Source: Candidatus Latescibacterota bacterium (lineage in GTDB: Bacteria; Latescibacterota; UBA2968; UBA8231). Taken from it: DNA of 64,000 nt. Where the stretch lies: assembly GCA_965215195.1 (NCBI GenBank), contig CBDCDC010000002.1, positions 3,232,001 through 3,296,000 of the forward strand. The letters are read 5' to 3'. A model generated the notes under the pieces. The model did not search any database, was not told the DNA's origin, and saw only the letters and a list, made by a program, of their open reading frames with translations. Made by a program: the position numbers and the translations under genes. Below, piece by piece: positions 59,773 through 64,000 of this stretch (position 1 is the stretch's first letter; every line of letters starts with the position of its first letter).

Positions 59773-61827
59773 ATGTTGAGAAGCCTGCTTGCTCCAAGCC
59801 TAGCAGCCCTCGTCCTCACGGCCCCGGCCGGGGCCTTGGATACGCTCAGCGTGGGCTTGGACGCCCCCATTGATTGGGATGGCACCGGTGCTGCTATCGG
59901 CACGCTGGACCCAGAGTACCGCAGCTTAGTCGATCCCAACGCGGTGCTAGTAGGCAACGCCCCGGGTGCGCTCATCGACTTCGCCCAGCGGGTCTTAGCG
60001 CCCCGCCAACTGCAAGAGGGCGAAAACATCGCTTCGGGCACCCTCGAACGCGGCGGCACCATAGCCGCCCCCACGGTACTGCGCTTCACAGCCGACTTCA
60101 CCCGCGAGGACCTCGGCGAAACCCTCGGCGAAATCCTCAGCGACTTAGCTGGCGGCGAGACCCAAGCTTTTGAGCGCAAAGGCGACGACGTGCGCGGCAC
60201 CCTCATCATCGGCGACTTAGGGGCCCGCTTTGGCGTCAATCGCTTCCGCTTCTATCCGCGCAATACGGTCCATCCCGCGCCCACGGCCGCCTTTCAGAAC
60301 GACTTTTTGCGCGCGTTTGAGCTGTTCGTCAACGACGGACTCAATCTCACGGCCGATGGTTTTCCCCTGTGGGGTGCGCCCATAGTGGAGGAAGCCCAAA
60401 ATACCGAGCCTGTGGTGGACATCGAATTCGATCCGCCCCGTTATATCCGCTCCTTCCGCCTGCGCTCGGCCACGCCCATCCCCTTTGAAATAGACGAGAT
60501 CGAAATCTACGGCACTGGCTTTTTGCCGGCCGCTGCGTACTTCTCGGACATTTTCGCCACCGGCCTTGCAGCTTGGGGTCGCATTCGCTGGGTGGAAAAA
60601 GCCGTGGGGGACTCGGCCCAGTCCAGCCTGCTGATTTCCACGCGCAGCGGCCATGACGACACGCCTTTTATCTTTCACCGCCGGCGCACGGACAAGCGCA
60701 CCGACCCCGAGATCCCCTTCTCCATCGCCGATCCCACCGCGCCCATGCGCCTAGACGAGTACGAACGACTCCCCTTAGTCGATGCCAATGGCGTCACGTG
60801 GGCCAAAGGCTCGATCAAGGACGATCTAGAAAACTGGAGCCCCTATAGCCCGCCCTATCCACTCGACGAGGGCACGTCCCCCCAAGGCACCCCGATCATT
60901 TCGCCTTCGCCGCGGCGCTTCCTCCAGTTCCGCGTCATCGCCCAGAGCAGCGACATCCATTCAGCCCGCCGCCTCGAGCGCATTTCCCTTTCGTACCTGA
61001 GTCCGCCGCTGGCCGACGAATTCGTCGCCGAGATTTTTCCCCGCCAAGTAGAGGTTTCGACCTCTACGTCCTTCACCTACGCGGTGCGGATGCGCATGGA
61101 TTCGCCCAACCTGCTGGGATTCGATACTTTTGCGATAACGACCCCCATTCGGGTGGAACAGGTGGAACAGGTGGAAATTCTCAATGCCCAAGGCGAGTTA
61201 GTCGCCTCTCATGCCTTTGCCCAAGGCGATACGGCCGGCGGGTCCGGGCTTGCCATCAACGCCATTGCAGAGGACCACTTCAGCGTGCGCTTTCCGCGCA
61301 TCCAAGGCGATGACAGTCTGCTGAAAATTAGGTTTCGCGCGGCCGTGCTGGCCTTTAGCACCGAATTTCGCGGGCAGGCTTCCCTGTCGAGCGAACCCGG
61401 TTCGTTCCAAAACGCCACCTCGGGCAATAGTGCCGACTTGGGAGCCGCGGACCAGCCCACCCGCTCCGGCACCACAGTGCTCAGTCCCTCGATCATCCGC
61501 AGCGCACGGCTGATTGATGCCCTCGAACTGACGCCCAACCCCTTTACGCCCAACGGCGATGGGGTCAACGACCAAGTCGCCATTGCCTATAACATCTTGG
61601 CGCTGACCAAGGCCAGTGCCGTTGCGGTGCGCCTGTACGACCTGTCGGGCCGGCTGGTACACACCCTACAGCAGACGGCGCTCAGCAACGGTCGCTACGC
61701 CCTTACTTGGGACGGGCGAGCCGCTGGTGGCCGGCTCGTCCCCCCGGGCGCGTACTTGGTGGGCGTGGCCGTGGCCGGGGACCAGCGCGACGACCTGCGG
61801 GCACACCCTCTATCCGTAGCCTACTGA
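59773..61827 (+). CDS. Secreted FlgD-Ig/TPNGDG-type paralogue family protein
   Basis: AGGAG RBS + ATG 59773; NRFRFYPR; TRSGHD; WSPYSPPY; SPSPRRFLQ; AEIFP; GFD; PNPFTPNGDGVND; ends VAY. Confidence 0.8.
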   Translation: MLRSLLAPSLAALVLTAPAGALDTLSVGLDAPIDWDGTGAAIGTLDPEYRSLVDPNAVLVGNAPGALIDFAQRVLAPRQLQEGENIASGTLERGGTIAAPTVLRFTADFTREDLGETLGEILSDLAGGETQAFERKGDDVRGTLIIGDLGARFGVNRFRFYPRNTVHPAPTAAFQNDFLRAFELFVNDGLNLTADGFPLWGAPIVEEAQNTEPVVDIEFDPPRYIRSFRLRSATPIPFEIDEIEIYGTGFLPAAAYFSDIFATGLAAWGRIRWVEKAVGDSAQSSLLISTRSGHDDTPFIFHRRRTDKRTDPEIPFSIADPTAPMRLDEYERLPLVDANGVTWAKGSIKDDLENWSPYSPPYPLDEGTSPQGTPIISPSPRRFLQFRVIAQSSDIHSARRLERISLSYLSPPLADEFVAEIFPRQVEVSTSTSFTYAVRMRMDSPNLLGFDTFAITTPIRVEQVEQVEILNAQGELVASHAFAQGDTAGGSGLAINAIAEDHFSVRFPRIQGDDSLLKIRFRAAVLAFSTEFRGQASLSSEPGSFQNATSGNSADLGAADQPTRSGTTVLSPSIIRSARLIDALELTPNPFTPNGDGVNDQVAIAYNILALTKASAVAVRLYDLSGRLVHTLQQTALSNGRYALTWDGRAAGGRLVPPGAYLVGVAVAGDQRDDLRAHPLSVAY

Positions 61828-61828
61828 C

Positions 61829-63487
61829 ATGGACCGAGTACGCATCGCGGCGATAGCTTGCGCCCTAATCGGGGCCTGCTTGTGGGGCTGTGGTGAACAG
61901 GAGTCCCCCATCGTGGTGCGGATCGGCGAGCGGTCCATCACGGCCGAGGATCTCCGATCCTACGTCCTCGGGCTGAACGAAAGCGAGAGGACCCGCCAAG
62001 AAGGCCCAGCCGCACGGCGCGAGTACCTACAACCCCTCATCGACTACCACCTCATGTGGCTGGAAGCCCAAGCCCTCGGTTTGGACACCGCGGCCGCAGT
62101 CCAGCGCCAACTGGAGCGCAGAATCCGTCGGCACTTGGTCGCTCTCTACCTCAAACGCAAACCCGTGCAACCGCCCCTCGTTGACGAGGCCGAGCTCAAA
62201 CAGCGCTTCGAGCGCAAGGGTCTCCACCGCGCGTTTGAGCGGCTGACTTGGGGCATTATGACCAAGGAGCAGCCGCAACTGGAACTAGCCGTGGCCGAGT
62301 TGGCCGCCGGCACCCCGTTTGGCCAAGTGGCAGCCCGCTACTCCATCACGCCCGACGCGGCCAACGGAGGCGAGCTGGGCTGGCTGCGGGTAGAATCCAT
62401 CCGCCGCATGGGCCTCCCGGATTCGCTTTTCCGCGATCTGCCCTTGGGGGTCTTATCGCCCGTGCTGCCCCACTCGGCCGGCTTTTGCGTCGTGCGCTTT
62501 ACCGAGGAACGGCCGTTGTCCTACTTCGACTTCCGCGACGAAATCCTCCAAGAACTCCAAGAGGAACGGCTCGGCGAAGCGCGGGCGGCTCGGGCCGAGC
62601 AACTGGCCCACCAATACGACTGGAACCTCCACGAGCCGGGGTTGCGCCTCTTGCTAAAAAAAGGCCAGCCGTCGGCGACCTTGGAACGGACGCCAGCCGA
62701 AGAACGGATGCCCTTGTTCCAGTTTGCCGGTGGCCAAGTGCCCCTAGGCGAGCTGCTCGACCAACTCAAGAGCCGCAAAATTGACGCGGCCGCGGCCGAC
62801 AGCGCCGCCTTGGTCCAGCTCGCCGAGCGCTTGCTGCTCCAGCCCTACGTTTTTGCTGTAGCGGCCCGCCACGAGGAGCTGATTGACCGAGAGGCCCTCG
62901 AAGCAGTGCAGCAGCGCCTGCGAGAAGAGGTCGTCCTAAGCCAACTGCGCCAGCAAAAAGTAGTGGCATCCATCGCCATCGCCCCAGAGGCCGTGCGCCG
63001 CTACTACGACGAGCAGACCCAGCGCTTCCATCGTCGGGACCAGATCGACGTGGCCGAGGTGCTGGTGGAGACCGAGGAAGAGGCCCGAGCCATACGGCGG
63101 CAAATCGAAACCGGGGCCGCCATCGCCGCCATAGCCCAAGAGCGCAGCCAACGCCGCGGGGCGCGTGCGCGGGGCGGCGTCTTTCCCATGGAGAACACTT
63201 CGGACTTGGTGCCCCACATCCTAGCCGCGCAGCCGGGCGAGTTGGTCGGGCCGGTACCAGTCCACGACGGCTTCTCGGTATTCGAGATCGTCCGCCGCCA
63301 GCCCGGGGAGCGCATGCCTTTTGCCCAAGTCCGCCGGCAAATTGGCGACGTGCTGCGCCGGGCCGAGGAGCGGGAGCGGTTCCAAGCCTATATAGAAACC
63401 CTGCGCCGCCAATACGCCGATCGGATCCAAATCGACCAAAAGCAATTGGCTGCGGCCCTACCCGACGATTTCCTCACCGCTTTCTGA
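61829..63487 (+). CDS. Lipoprotein with two parvulin-like PPIase domains
   Basis: LWGC lipobox; FGQVAARYS..A.NGGELGW; second EVLV.TEEEA..GELVGPV domain. Confidence 0.82.
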   Translation: MDRVRIAAIACALIGACLWGCGEQESPIVVRIGERSITAEDLRSYVLGLNESERTRQEGPAARREYLQPLIDYHLMWLEAQALGLDTAAAVQRQLERRIRRHLVALYLKRKPVQPPLVDEAELKQRFERKGLHRAFERLTWGIMTKEQPQLELAVAELAAGTPFGQVAARYSITPDAANGGELGWLRVESIRRMGLPDSLFRDLPLGVLSPVLPHSAGFCVVRFTEERPLSYFDFRDEILQELQEERLGEARAARAEQLAHQYDWNLHEPGLRLLLKKGQPSATLERTPAEERMPLFQFAGGQVPLGELLDQLKSRKIDAAAADSAALVQLAERLLLQPYVFAVAARHEELIDREALEAVQQRLREEVVLSQLRQQKVVASIAIAPEAVRRYYDEQTQRFHRRDQIDVAEVLVETEEEARAIRRQIETGAAIAAIAQERSQRRGARARGGVFPMENTSDLVPHILAAQPGELVGPVPVHDGFSVFEIVRRQPGERMPFAQVRRQIGDVLRRAEERERFQAYIETLRRQYADRIQIDQKQLAAALPDDFLTAF

Positions 63488-63497
63488 GAGAGACGCC

Positions 63498-64000
63498 ATG
63501 AACTGCAAGCGCTACAGCCATTGGAGCCGGGTTTGGGCCTTGGCCTTTGGGTGCTTGGCCCTCCAGCAAGTCAGTGCCCAAGTGCCCTTGGGCCACCGTC
63601 TGCAGGGCGACCGCCTCATCGTGGATAAGGCTTCCTACTGGCGGCACTGGAGCGGGCCTTCCCACGTGGTCGATGTGCATTTAGACGGCACGGTCAAGCC
63701 CCATTTCTTTCGCCACGTGTACGACATCATTGCCGAAGATCGCGCGGTATTTGCCAAACCCGTGGACCAACCGGGCATCCGCAAGGCGGACCGGGCGATT
63801 ATGAACCTCCAGCGCACCCCAACGTTGGAAGCGGACGGCAGCGTTGCCCTCGGCAAAGCCGAGCAACTGATCAAATTCCTCAACCGGGACTTCAAGCGCT
63901 TCCCCGGCAACAACAGCCACATCCCCATTGGCGGCCAACTCCTAACCATTGTCGATACCACCCTCAGCAGCGATGGCAAGACCGCGACCTTGAGCCTGCA
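63498..64000 (+). CDS. 5' part of another secreted protein, probably of the same paralogue family (runs off the window)
   Basis: Open frame from ATG 63498 with signal peptide; YWRHWSGP..V...DGTVKP resembles IWEHWVYP..V...AGSLRP of 31829..34165. Confidence 0.6.
   Translation, partial: MNCKRYSHWSRVWALAFGCLALQQVSAQVPLGHRLQGDRLIVDKASYWRHWSGPSHVVDVHLDGTVKPHFFRHVYDIIAEDRAVFAKPVDQPGIRKADRAIMNLQRTPTLEADGSVALGKAEQLIKFLNRDFKRFPGNNSHIPIGGQLLTIVDTTLSSDGKTATLSL

Overview
GC-rich (~60-65% by eye) bacterial chromosomal segment. It is most consistent with an FCB-group lineage such as Ca. Latescibacterota, probably host/sponge-associated; this is an inference from PorV-family genes, FlgD-Ig/T9SS-like C-terminal domains, a YWTD-propeller protein and DUF6785-type paralogues. 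Core genes: tgt, yajC, fmt, tRNA-Ala(GGC), mfd, PPIase/surA, S4 protein, nrnA, argF, moaC, icd, lipB and a solitary groEL with a CIRCE-like site. These are interleaved with accessory patches: an AAA+DUF4143 ATPase, toxin-antitoxin modules (one intact, one deletion-fused remnant), PhyH dioxygenases, dgcN-dgcA-C39 peptidase, a GMC dehydrogenase module, GT-C/TMTC-like membrane proteins, three DUF6785-like paralogues and an 87-bp tandem-repeat coiled-coil gene. Most promising signals: (i) a T9SS-like export/sorting system, with two PorV-family barrels, a paralogous ~700-aa cargo family ending in a TPNGDGxND/FlgD domain and a dedicated PPIase, plus a short recurrent C-terminal 'SWGxxK/R' motif that may be a second sorting signal; (ii) a eukaryote-like double YWTD-propeller gene bracketed by 12-bp terminal inverted repeats; (iii) a window-wide CCWGG depletion with excess CCAAG/CTTGG/CTAG. 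No CRISPR, rRNA, integrase, transposase or reverse transcriptase was seen. All family assignments come from motif recognition, not database searches.
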